From: an uncultured Nitrososphaerota archaeon
Lineage (GTDB): Archaea > Thermoproteota > Nitrososphaeria > Nitrososphaerales > CADDZS01
DNA: 64,000 nt
Direction of reading: 5' to 3'
NCBI GenBank assembly: GCA_963799845.1
Contig: CAWCYI010000006.1
Location: 1,248,001-1,312,000 of the forward strand
Shown here: positions 39,742 through 50,130 of the stretch, one piece after another
Layout of the letters: each line of letters opens with the position of its first letter
Numbering within the stretch: the first letter of the stretch is position 1
Program-made: the position numbers and the translations under genes
Notes under the pieces: generated by a model
Databases searched by the model: none
Seen by the model: the letters and a program-made list of their open reading frames with translations, nothing else
Told to the model about the DNA's origin: nothing

Positions 39742-40617
39742 ATGTCCGGTCCGAACAATGGCTTGCTCAAGGAAAGGCTCGACGAGGTTGTTGAGCTAGG
39801 CCTTTCACAAGCTCAGGCTTACGTTTACATTGTGTTGCTTTCTCTTGGGCCATCGGTTGCTAGGACCATTTCCCGTGTATCGAGATTAGGCAGAGAAGAT
39901 ACCTACAGAGCGCTCAGGTTCCTCAAATCACTCGGAATGGTAGAAGTCATAATGGACAAGCCGTACACATTTGCGGCTGTCGAGCCCAACGTCGCTGTGA
40001 GGATCTTGACTTCGCAACTAGATAACAAATTTGCGGTATTGCGAGATAAAGCTGTGAAGGTAGGGGAGTGGCTCGAAGGTCTTGACAGAGTGAAAACCAC
40101 GAATGATGTTCCGCCTGATAAAATGGTATTCAGGCTCGAAGGTGGTTCACAGATTTTCGAAAGAATGTCAAAGCTTATTCTGAGTTGCAGATTCGAGCTT
40201 GTGAGAATCACATCTTCAACGGGGATATCACAGAATTACGTTTTAGGAGTTTTCGAGCAGGAGAAACAAATCGCAGAGAACGGTGTCAAGATAAGGGCAA
40301 TAACTGAAGAAAAGTCTAGCAATCGCGACATCTTAACAGAATATTCACAGTTTGTTGACTTGAGATTCTTGGAGGGTTTGAGATCATCACTAAAATTTAT
40401 TATAGGCGATGATTCTCAAATGATCTTCTTTACGACAAATCCTACGCAAAATGTTAGAGACTTAGGCGCTGTTTGGACAAACAACAAACCATTGATTGAA
40501 GGCTTTAAGAAACAATTCGAAGTATGTTGGGCTTCCGCGCGGCCAGCCGCTGAGGTCTTGACCAGCGTTGAATCTCAAAGTGTGAGTGGCAAGACGCCAC
40601 ATCTTTCTGGGATATAA
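39742..40617 (+). CDS. TrmB-family transcriptional regulator
   Basis: LGLSQAQAYVYIVLL...TYRALRFLKSLGMV...P..F.AVEP wHTH plus a PLD-like effector domain (FIIGDD...VWTNN..F...W). TATA-like TATAAA about 30 nt upstream. Confidence 0.85.
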   Translation: MSGPNNGLLKERLDEVVELGLSQAQAYVYIVLLSLGPSVARTISRVSRLGREDTYRALRFLKSLGMVEVIMDKPYTFAAVEPNVAVRILTSQLDNKFAVLRDKAVKVGEWLEGLDRVKTTNDVPPDKMVFRLEGGSQIFERMSKLILSCRFELVRITSSTGISQNYVLGVFEQEKQIAENGVKIRAITEEKSSNRDILTEYSQFVDLRFLEGLRSSLKFIIGDDSQMIFFTTNPTQNVRDLGAVWTNNKPLIEGFKKQFEVCWASARPAAEVLTSVESQSVSGKTPHLSGI

Positions 40618-40645
40618 ACTGCTTATCTTTCCTATCGGATGCAGA

Positions 40646-41560
40646 ATGAGTAGGAATATTCAGACCCTAATCAGAACACTGGGATCACTAAATTATCTTG
40701 ATTCGAGACTGATTCGTCCCTCTGAACTTCAGCTCAGAAAATCCCAAGGAAATCTCGACGACTTGGTCGAGTCGATAAAGCAGAATGGATTACTTCAACC
40801 AATAGTTGTCCGCCCTAAAAGCGAGTACTTCGAAGTTGTAGCAGGAAACAGACGATTCGCCGCGTGTAGGAGCTTACGAATAACCAAAATTCTCTGCATG
40901 ATTAAGGAACTGTCAGATAAGGAGGCGTATGAGGTATCACTCGTTGAAAATGTCCAACGCGAAACCCTTGATCCGATCGAGGAAGCTATGGCGTTTGAGA
41001 ATTACGTTAAGAAATTTGGATATGGAAGCACGACCGAGCTCAGCAAGCAAATTGGCAAGAGCGAGGAGTATGTATCGCATAGAATCCTCCTTCTTTCATT
41101 ACCTAATGATGTGCTCAAGAATGTAAGTAGTCGACAACTCAGTCCAACAGTCGCAGAGGAGCTGATTTGGTTGAAAGATCCTATGAGGCAAACTGATCTT
41201 GGAAAAGAACTTGCGCAATTCAAACTTTCTGCGAAGAAGGTCCGGCAGGTCGTGAAGCTGGTTAGGAAGAACATCGAAGTTTCGCAAGCGATCACCGAGG
41301 TGTCAGATTCAACTCCAGACTTTGGCAAGCAGAGCCACGAAATAGAACGAAAGAGTGATGATGTCAAAATTATCAGCGAAGCAACGCTGGTCTTCAAGAG
41401 TACTCTCATTCATCTGGATTCGTTGATAGACCGCATATCTGATGAAAGCCGCCTTAAGAAAAACTTAATCGGGAAGAGATACCTAGTACATCAGATATTG
41501 GATGAACTTATCAGAATGAGGAATGACAAGATAAAGATAACTGACACGGCGAATTTCTGA
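40646..41560 (+). CDS. ParB/RepB/Spo0J-family protein (CTPase fold + HTH), no parA nearby
   Basis: LVESIKQNGLLQPIVVRP, VAGNRRFAA, ENVQRETL.PIEEA, HTH ELSKQIGKSEEYVS. Confidence 0.9.
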   Translation: MSRNIQTLIRTLGSLNYLDSRLIRPSELQLRKSQGNLDDLVESIKQNGLLQPIVVRPKSEYFEVVAGNRRFAACRSLRITKILCMIKELSDKEAYEVSLVENVQRETLDPIEEAMAFENYVKKFGYGSTTELSKQIGKSEEYVSHRILLLSLPNDVLKNVSSRQLSPTVAEELIWLKDPMRQTDLGKELAQFKLSAKKVRQVVKLVRKNIEVSQAITEVSDSTPDFGKQSHEIERKSDDVKIISEATLVFKSTLIHLDSLIDRISDESRLKKNLIGKRYLVHQILDELIRMRNDKIKITDTANF

Positions 41561-41619
41561 TAAAGTTCAATACGCTATCTAATTAGTATTTTTTTCTTGG
41601 GATTCAGGAAGTACGAAAA

Positions 41620-43049
41620 ATGCCGGTGGACCTAGTGATCAAGAACTGTGTTGTAGTTAACTCTTGGGGGAGTCTCAATGGAGGAGTCGCGATAGAAGAT
41701 GACAAGATAGTAGCGGTAGGATCTGAATCTAGCCTACCAAAGGGTGAAAAGACGATCAATGCGAACGGCCGACCTTTGCTTCCAGGAATCATCGACCCAC
41801 ACGTGCACCTGAATCAAGGTCCGGAAATGCCAGACCTAGACGCTGCGGAGAAACGCGCCTTTAAAACTGAAACAGAGTCAGCCGCCTTTGGAGGCGTTAC
41901 TACCGTTATGACATTCCTTTACAAGACACAGCCCTTGCTAAAGATCTTTGAGGAGACCAAGGCTGAGTGCGAGAAAAAGCTATGGTCAATGTCGTCTTCA
42001 ACGGCACTGTCCTAATAGATCAGCACATTGTGGAGATGGAGGAGGTCGCAAAGAAGACTGGGATCACTGGCTGGAAGTATCTCATGCCGTATAGGCAAAG
42101 CGAAGCTGCTTCTTTGGGGCTAAAGGATTCTTCGGGTGTGGACGATTATTCGCTTTATCTCGGCATGAAAGAGATCAGCAAACTCGGCTTTCCGGCGATC
42201 GCAATGATTCACACAGAAAACGTCGAAATCTTCTGGAGGCTCAGCAAGGAGCTAAAGGCAGAAGGTCGCTACGACATTGACGCTTGGTGGGAGGCTCGCC
42301 CCAAATTTGCTGAAGAGGAATACATGCACAGGGCAGTCTATTTCTCAGAACTCACTGGCTCCAGAATCTATATTGTGCACCTGAGTATCGGCAGCGGTGT
42401 AAAGATTATCAAAGAGGCACGAGTGCGAGGCGTAAAAGCCCATGTTGAGACCTGTCCTCACTATCTTACGCACACCAAGGAGGAGGTGAAGGGGATGGGT
42501 AAGCTTGCAAAACTTAACCCGCCGTTGAGGGACAAAGAGGATCAGGATCTACTGTGGGACGGAATATTCTCAAGGGAAATAGACTCGATGGGGACAGACC
42601 ATTGCGCCCTAACAAAAGAACTGAAGGATAGGACAGGCGACATCTGGAGTTGCGTTCCAGGCTTTCCCGGAGTCGCAACAATGCTTCCAGTAATGCTACA
42701 CGCGGGGGTGAATCAACGAAAGCTTCCGCTCGAGACGGTAGCGCACGTTTGTTCCTACAAGACCGCACAAGTGTTTGGTCTCTATCCAAGAAAGGGAGCA
42801 ATTCAAGTCGGCGCTGATGCGGATTTGACGCTCGTTGATCTTAAGAAAGAAGTCAAAGTCACGCCCGAGCTTCTTCGAAGTGTATCGGATTATACCCTGT
42901 ACGATGGATGGACTTTCAAGGGTTGGCCAGTATTGACTGTCGTCAACGGCAAGGTCGTCATGGACGACCTACAGATAGTTGGTAAGCCTGGAACAGGAAA
43001 ATATGTTCCCAGAAAATTGGGCGAGCCACCAAAAATCGTCGGAAAATAA
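41620..43049 (+). CDS. Dihydropyrimidinase / allantoinase-family cyclic amidohydrolase, frameshift at about 41978
   Basis: PGIIDPHVH, GGVTT in the first frame; HTEN, IVHLS, ETCPHYL, NPPLR, GTDHC, KGAIQVGADAD in the second. Adding one A at 41974-41978 restores ECEKKAMVNV. Confidence 0.88.
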
Positions 43050-43063
43050 TCGAACCAAAGATC

Positions 43064-43960
43064 TCAGGCGCGTCTTACTAACGAGTCGTATAACTCGGGC
43101 CGTCTGTCTCGGAATACGAAAAGGGAGCGGCGCTGGTTCTCTACTTGAGAGAGGTCCAGTGAGGCGGAGATTACCTGATTCTGGCGATACTCTGGAGCTT
43201 GGGCAAGAATATTACCAGCAGGGTCAGCTATGCAGCTTAACCCGTAATATCGAGCTTCTTCGTTCCCTACTTTCTCAGTTCCCGCCTTGTTGCAGGCGAC
43301 AGCGAAAACGCAATTTTGAGCTGCGCTCGAGCGTAATAACGGAACAAACATCTTGTTGACATAGCCTGAGGACGCGTTCGGATTGAATACAATTTCAGCC
43401 CCGCCCAACGCAAGAACTCTCCAAGCCTCAGTGAACCATCTCTCATAGCATATCAAAATTCCAACTTTCGCGTGAGCCGTCTGGAATATTGGATGACCGG
43501 GTCCAGCAGAGAAAAACAGTTTCTCGTTGTTGTATCCACTGTCCCAGGAATATTGAGAAACGTAATTCTTCCTGGCTGTTCTCACCTTGGCACCGGTTGG
43601 CAGGGCTCCGTCGACAACCTCGCCACTCGAAGAAATCACTGCGACTGAGTTGTAATATTGACCCTTTAGCTCGCCTCTTTCATAAAATGGCAGGATTATG
43701 TTTGTCCCGTATTCTTTCGCTGCTTTCTCAAATCGCTGGATGGTCGGACCGTCAATTGATTCCGCCCAATCGAAGAATTTCTTGTTACGCACCCCGATCG
43801 CGAAGAAGAGAGTCGTGCAGAGCTCCGGGAATAGCGCATAATCAACGCTCGTCTTGCTGCATGCATTTCGAAGAAGGCCTAGACATTTCATGATGTTCTT
43901 CTCCTTTTCTTCAAATAACGGACCAACCTGAAAGGCGCTTGCAGTGATTTCCTTCTTCAA
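43064..43960 (-). CDS. Nitrilase-superfamily C-N hydrolase (beta-ureidopropionase / N-carbamoylase-like)
   Basis: E-K-C triad: FPEL, RK, ICYERWF; C-terminal FRDRRPELY. Confidence 0.85.
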   Translation of the reverse strand: MKKEITASAFQVGPLFEEKEKNIMKCLGLLRNACSKTSVDYALFPELCTTLFFAIGVRNKKFFDWAESIDGPTIQRFEKAAKEYGTNIILPFYERGELKGQYYNSVAVISSSGEVVDGALPTGAKVRTARKNYVSQYSWDSGYNNEKLFFSAGPGHPIFQTAHAKVGILICYERWFTEAWRVLALGGAEIVFNPNASSGYVNKMFVPLLRSSAAQNCVFAVACNKAGTEKVGNEEARYYGLSCIADPAGNILAQAPEYRQNQVISASLDLSQVENQRRSLFVFRDRRPELYDSLVRRA

Positions 43961-45027
43961 TTCGAATGTTTGCCACTTTTCCTTTTCGCAGTAGTGCTTG
44001 ATTTCTTCTTCTGTGTGACCTGCTCGAAGTTTCGCAAGCCAGAGCTATGCGCTTCGTCGATCTCGCTGTAAGACTTTGGGCTATACTTAAGCCAAAGATT
44101 CGGCGGGTAGATTGTTGAATCGTACATCGACCTGAATAGTTCGGTTCTAATCTCTGCAAGGAAGTTCCATGGCGGCATTGATCTTTTCTTCCGCAATCTG
44201 TCAATGTCTATAGTAGCTGAGATTATGGTTTCGTTTGCAGAACTCGCTTCCGCGATAATTACTCCGTTATAGTCTACTATCATCGAGCTTCCCACCGAAT
44301 AGGAGACAGGGTGCGAACTATCCTTCATCCATGCTGCATTGGGTGCGACAAGATAACACAAATTCTCTTGTGCCCTCGCACGATTGATTACCGACCACCA
44401 GTCATTTGGAGGCGACATCCATGGCTCCATAGCAACTGAAGGCATGAGAAAGATTTCGGCTCCCTTTAAGGCGAAAGCCCTTGGGATTTCCGGAAAGTGT
44501 CGATCATAAGAGATGAAGCAGGCCAGGTTCCCAATTTCAGTCTTAAGAACTGGAAATATCTCTTCTTTGTAATCGGACAAAATATCATGGGGGCTTGTCG
44601 CAAGTGTAAGGTTCATGTTCGTTGTGCTTATCTTTCGGTATCTTAGGGCAACCTTTCCTCTCGGGTCGATAATGAAACCCGTGCTAAAAAACCTGGATGG
44701 ATAGTTGTCGTCGATCTCAAGCGCGTGCCCGCAAATATACAACCTGTTCTTCGTTGCAACTTCTGCAAGCCTGTCTGTCTCCTCGCCGGGAATCTTCACG
44801 CATATCTTGAAAAAATCAGCCTTGTTCTTGTAGTGCGATCCTTGCAAGAACCACTCCGGGAAGGTGACTATCTTGATTGGGTACGAGAGCGTAAAAAAGC
44901 GAAAAGTGGAAAGGTGCTCTAAAAGCTCGAGCGAACGAGAAAGATTTGCCTTTATGGGAGAAGGGTGTGTCTCCGTGGAAAACGCCACGTTCGGCTGTAC
45001 GCAAAATGCCTGATATGGTTCGACCAA
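43957..45027 (-). CDS. Nitrilase-superfamily protein with Ser at the nucleophile position
   Basis: FPEW, YRK, FISYDRHFPE (ICYD expected), RARAQEN. Confidence 0.8.
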   Translation of the reverse strand: MVEPYQAFCVQPNVAFSTETHPSPIKANLSRSLELLEHLSTFRFFTLSYPIKIVTFPEWFLQGSHYKNKADFFKICVKIPGEETDRLAEVATKNRLYICGHALEIDDNYPSRFFSTGFIIDPRGKVALRYRKISTTNMNLTLATSPHDILSDYKEEIFPVLKTEIGNLACFISYDRHFPEIPRAFALKGAEIFLMPSVAMEPWMSPPNDWWSVINRARAQENLCYLVAPNAAWMKDSSHPVSYSVGSSMIVDYNGVIIAEASSANETIISATIDIDRLRKKRSMPPWNFLAEIRTELFRSMYDSTIYPPNLWLKYSPKSYSEIDEAHSSGLRNFEQVTQKKKSSTTAKRKSGKHSN

Positions 45028-45119
45028 ATTGCCTGGGCACGCAAACCAGATTTTCGATCGGAGTCTCTATAACAATTTTGTGTCTAGCAATCCAAGACCT
45101 TTGACCTCATTGAACGGGA

Positions 45120-47481
45120 TTAGGCTGCGCCCTTCAGTCCTCTCAAAATCTTCTCTGGCACGAGTGGATAGTCTTTGATCCTCACTTTGACTGCATCGTT
45201 TATCGCGTTCGCAACAGCTGGACCTGTGACGATCAACGTGACCTCGCCAACCCCTTTGGCCCCATAGGGTCCGTCTGCACGATTTGATTCGACGATGATA
45301 GATTCTATTGTCGGGACTTCCTTTGCAGTTATCAGCTTATAGTTCAGGAAGTCGGAGTTGATCGGTTTTCCGTTATCAAAAACGAGCTCCTCGTAGACCG
45401 AGCCACTCAGTCCCATTGCAGTTCCCCCCTCTATCTGACTAATTACCCCTTGCGGATTGATAGCTCTCCCAACATCACAGGCATTGATGAAGTGGAGGAG
45501 TTTCAGCTGTCCCGTTTCGATATTGACTGCGACAACTGCGGCCTGAGCCGAAAATGAATAGAATGCACTAACTCTTTCCCCGAGCGCTTGCCCAGTTTCC
45601 TTGTCGGTTCCCTGCGCCCGCGTATACCAGGTAGCCTTACCCAGAATTTCTCCGCCGACGGGAAGGAAATATCCTACTTGGTTTAGCACCTCAAAGCAAT
45701 CTGTAATGGTGATGTACTTGTCCGGTGAGCCATTCTCAAAAATCCTCCCCTCCTTCGTTTCAAGCTTTATGGCAGATGTGCCAAGTTTCTTTGCTGCAAT
45801 TTCAAATAATTGACGCTTCGCGTCTTGACAGGCCAGACGTACGGCATTTCCTACATTGTAGGTTGATCTGCTCGAAATAACTCCATGGTCGTACGGCGTT
45901 ATCGCAGTATCGCAGCCAACGATCTTGATCTTATCCAATGGCATCTTGAACTCTTCACTTGCGACCTGGGCAAATGTGGTGAAAGAGCCTTGACCTATCT
46001 CAACGGTACTCGTCCGCACCTCGATTGTCTGGTCGTGATGGACCTTGACCAAAGCCGCTGAAACGCTTGGTGCCAGACTGTACTTGTTCCCGATCGCAAT
46101 ACCCTTGCCCATTCGCCAAGGTCCGTCTACGGTTTGCTCGAGCTTGTACTTAGAAAGAGAATTTCTTACTGCCGACAGGCACTCTTTTGCTCCAACAGAT
46201 TGCATCACTTCCCCCATTGCATTTTTTTCACCCTCGTCGAGGAGATTTTTCATCCTGAAATCAAACTTGTCCATTCCGATTTTTTCGGCGTCGACGTCCA
46301 TCTGCTGCTCTATCGCCGCTTGAACCTCGGCAGATCCGAATCCCCGAAAAGCGCCCCCCACCGGCAGATTGGTGTAGACGCAATAGCCGTCGGCTAGGAA
46401 GTTTTCGAACCTGTACGTGCATGCGGCGCCAAAAGACGCGTTTCTGGTGACAGCATAACTATCCTCTGTATATGCCCCCGTATTCAAAATATATCTCACA
46501 TAACGTGCCTTAATGGTCCCGTCTTTCGTAATTCCATCTTTAACGTAAACAATGAAAGGCTGTCTGACAACCGTGTTCGTAAATTCTTCTTCTCGCGTCA
46601 TTGTGATCTTTACGGGCCGCTTCGACTTTTTGGCGAGAACTACAGCGAATGGTTCAAGCTTCATCTGCGTTTTCCCCCCGAACCCGCCCCCCACTGGCGG
46701 GATGATTATTCTTATCTTCGAGGGAGGTATGTCAAGAGCGAAACTCATCTGAGTAAGCAAAAGGTAAGGCTGCTGGGCTGATGTCCAGATTGTAACATTT
46801 CCATCCGGCATTACTTCAGCTATGCAAGTGTGGACTTCGAGCGGTGCCTGCTGAATCATTTGCACCTTGTACGTATTCTCCAGGACATAGTCGGAGTCTC
46901 TTGAATCCAGAATCAACTTCTCCCTTCTTTATCCTCATGTGAGAAGCCACATTCGGCAGGTCCGGTTCATCCTTGCTGTATACCAAGGTCTTCTTGTAGG
47001 TACTCAACTCTGGATGAATAGCGACACGAGGATTGCGACCCATTGATTCCTCTGGGTTAAATATTGCGGGAAACTCCTCGTACTCTACATCAATTAGGTC
47101 AATTGCTTCCTCCGCGATATCCTCAGTATCCGCCGCGACAGCTGCTACCGGTTCTCCGATGTAACGAACTCGGTCCCTAGGGATGATCGCTTCGTCGTTT
47201 AGTCCGTATCCAAATTTCCTATCAGGAATATCCGCGCTCGTCATGATCGCGCGCACACCCTCGAGCTTCTCGGCTTTGCTCGTGTCAATTTTCAGAATCT
47301 TACCGTGGGCTACGGTACTCCTTTTGATTTTGGCGTACAGCATTTTCGGCAATTCCATGTCAAAAGTGTACTTTGTTTCTCCTCTGACTTTGTAGATTGA
47401 ATCTATCCGTGGCAGGGACTTGCCAACAGCATAGGTTTCTTCGGCCTTTTCAAATACTGAGACCGTTTCGAGGTTGCTCAA
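45120..47481 (-). CDS. Xanthine dehydrogenase-family molybdopterin large subunit (nicotinate dehydrogenase / 4-hydroxybenzoyl-CoA reductase alpha-like), frameshift at about 46897
   Basis: Removing T46897 joins ORFs 46816..47481 and 45120..46916 (..SGFKSSDYVLE..). Motifs: VGGGFGGK, AFRGFG, EIGQGS, GAKGVGE. Confidence 0.88.
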
Positions 47482-47521
47482 AACTTATCGAACACTATCC
47501 TACCCAACAGCGCGAATTTAA

Positions 47522-48133
47522 TTATTTTCGCTCGATGACTTCTATCTTTAATCTCTTTGCTTCGAACGCGTTGTATGCACTCAGTTCATCGGGACATGCG
47601 CTTACCGCGACGAGGCTGTCCATCTTTGCTTCCATTTCCACATAGTCACCCTGTTTCACTGGCGATTCCAAAAATTCGTAGGTACCGTCCTCGTGGAGTT
47701 TCGCGTTCATGAATAGGTTGACTACTTCTGGTACGTCAAAATCTGAAAGGCCGTATTCCTTTATGCAACCCGCAAGTATGTCCTGGCAATTCTTGTGGTA
47801 ACCATGGACTCCTTTGTTCATTTCATAACTGAAACGATTACACCGCCCGGGAGACAACCAGAACACTCCATCAAGTTGTGTGAGTACTTTGAACATCACG
47901 TTGCCAGCGGGAAGCTTGGTGTATAGATATTCCGCTTTGGTGAAACTGTGATTCAGGTGTCTGCTCAACCACGCAGAGAGAGACTCACGCATGTCGTGGG
48001 GGTTGAACGCAATCAAATCTGCTGCCTGGGGACCATCAATTGCGATCAATCTGAGAATCTGTCCTTTATTTACTCTGAAGGATTTTCCTTCGCATTTTGG
48101 AATGATTATCTCTTTCACGACTTGTTGCGACAT
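47522..48133 (-). CDS. DUF1989 family protein
   Basis: GQILRLIAIDGPQAAD, GRC, NCQDIL, VNLFMN, GDYVEMEAKMD.LVAVSACP. Start is probably ATG 48133. Confidence 0.85.
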   Translation of the reverse strand: MSQQVVKEIIIPKCEGKSFRVNKGQILRLIAIDGPQAADLIAFNPHDMRESLSAWLSRHLNHSFTKAEYLYTKLPAGNVMFKVLTQLDGVFWLSPGRCNRFSYEMNKGVHGYHKNCQDILAGCIKEYGLSDFDVPEVVNLFMNAKLHEDGTYEFLESPVKQGDYVEMEAKMDSLVAVSACPDELSAYNAFEAKRLKIEVIERK

Positions 48134-48600
48134 ATCAAAACATTTCCAATCCATAAAGCCCTTAAACGCATCGTGGAGCAAAACCGAGATTGACCCTTGA
48201 TTCGTTAACATTAATTGACGTCTAAAATCATGTTGAGATTTCGGTAATGGATTTTGTTTCTGCACCTTACAAAGTCAATATGATGCAAAACCGACTAGCC
48301 GAAATCATGAATCTGGTTGATGGCATAACTTTTGCGAAGCTCAAAGAAGGATATGATGCTCGGAGACTTTTACGCTTGAGCGCTTAGTCATACTCAAAAT
48401 CTACATCTAACAAAGAAACAGATCTTAATCGATTTTCTGTACTCGGCGCAATTTTTTTTCGTGAGATCCCTACCGAGCCCTTTAGGGCTGCTGTGAATGT
48501 GATCAAAATGTTGTCGCCCGAGCTTCTAAGCTGCTGCAGCTAACTGTCATCGTGCAGCCGTGGAATGCTAATAAATAGTGCAAACCGTTTCTATCCGAAC

Positions 48601-49962
48601 ATGCCCTTTGAGGATTTGAGGGAATTTCTAGATTTCCTCGATAAGGAGAAAGAGCTGGTCAGAGTTAACGATCCGGTCGATGCAAAATACGAAATATCGG
48701 CCTTCATAAGAAAGACTTGCAACACAGGGGGCCCTGCTATTTACTTTGAAAATGTTAGAGGGTATGATTATCCAGTTGTGGGTGGCATATTCTCAAAACG
48801 GAAGCGCGTCCTTGATGCGCTCGATGCAAACGAGCAAAATGTTATCGAAAAATTCGTTCAAGGTCTCACGAATCCGATAAAGCCGGAGATCGTAAGGTCT
48901 GGGGTATGTAAGGAAGAAATCTTTGTTGGGGAAAAAGTCGACCTTCTCAAATTACCAATACCGACGTATAGTGAGCTGGACGGTGGCCCTTTCGTTACGC
49001 TAGGCGCCGTAATAACCAAAGATCTGGAGACTCGAGTGAGAAACATTGGAATCTATAGGTGCCAGCTGAAAGGAAAGAGCAAGCTCTCAATCATGGCGCA
49101 GCATTCGCAGCATGCAATGGTGCATTATGCAAAAGCGGAATCGAGAAACCAGGCACTAGAAGTTGCAATAGCTATCGGACTTGATCCAGCAATAGTTCTC
49201 GCTGCTGGAGCAAAACTCCCTTACAATGTTGATGAATTCGATGTGGCCGGTGGGCTCCGTCAAACAGCTCTGAGGCTTGTAAAGTGCGAAACAGTGGACC
49301 TTGAGGTTCCAGCTTCTTCAGAGATCGTGATTGAGGGAAGAATACTCCCACATGTCAGGGAGGATGAGGGACCTTTTGGAGAATTCTCCGGTTACTATGC
49401 AGGAGGAGTCCTAAAAATGCCAATAATTGAAGTCTCTGCCCTTACGCAACGTGCGAACGCAATTTACCAAGCAGCAAATACGGGTGTCCCTATAACTGAG
49501 AACCATGTCATAAAAGAGATACCCTGGGAAGCAGCGACATTTTCTGATATAAGAAAGAAATATCCCGAAGTTAGGGCACTTCACTACCACCCGGCCGGAT
49601 GCGCTCAATTCTTGCTTTTTGTCTCCGTGAAGCAGAGGTACAAGGGACTCGCAAGAAACATAATCACGAGCCTGCTCGGGAATCCACTACCTCCTAAGAT
49701 TGTCGTAGTCGTTGATGAGGATATAGATGTATTCGATCTCAATCAGGTAGTCTGGGCAATTACCACGAGATCGCAGCCGGACGAGGACTTGATCGTGTTG
49801 AGCGGGATGGCTGCCGGGCAGCTGGATCCTTCAACGAAAGAGAATGAAATTTCTTCAGTAATGGGAATTGACGCTACACGACCTTTTGGAAAGAGCTTTC
49901 CAGAAGTTGTCAGCGTACCCGGAGTAGACAAAGTACCGGACTTCCAAAAGTACATTCGCTAG
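48601..49962 (+). CDS. UbiD-family decarboxylase
   Basis: DLREFL, DGGPFVT, NIGIYRCQ, EGPFGEFSGYY, VVVDEDIDVFD, MGIDAT. Confidence 0.92.
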   Translation: MPFEDLREFLDFLDKEKELVRVNDPVDAKYEISAFIRKTCNTGGPAIYFENVRGYDYPVVGGIFSKRKRVLDALDANEQNVIEKFVQGLTNPIKPEIVRSGVCKEEIFVGEKVDLLKLPIPTYSELDGGPFVTLGAVITKDLETRVRNIGIYRCQLKGKSKLSIMAQHSQHAMVHYAKAESRNQALEVAIAIGLDPAIVLAAGAKLPYNVDEFDVAGGLRQTALRLVKCETVDLEVPASSEIVIEGRILPHVREDEGPFGEFSGYYAGGVLKMPIIEVSALTQRANAIYQAANTGVPITENHVIKEIPWEAATFSDIRKKYPEVRALHYHPAGCAQFLLFVSVKQRYKGLARNIITSLLGNPLPPKIVVVVDEDIDVFDLNQVVWAITTRSQPDEDLIVLSGMAAGQLDPSTKENEISSVMGIDATRPFGKSFPEVVSVPGVDKVPDFQKYIR

Positions 49963-50130
49963 CACCATCCATCATTAAATGCAAAGAACCGCATTTCTTC
50001 GGTAACAAAAGTTGGTGTTTTTTCCCCCGGAAGAGGCTTTATCCCCCTATTGACTGTCAAATTTCCCAATCTTTCATAGTTGTCCCCTACGACGAAATGA
50101 CTAATAACGTCAGATGCATCATTCGGTAGC

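Noticed and set aside
41960-42000. Programmed ribosomal frameshift in the dihydropyrimidinase-like gene
   Set aside because: No canonical slippery heptamer or obvious stimulator; it fits the window-wide AGCT indel pattern.
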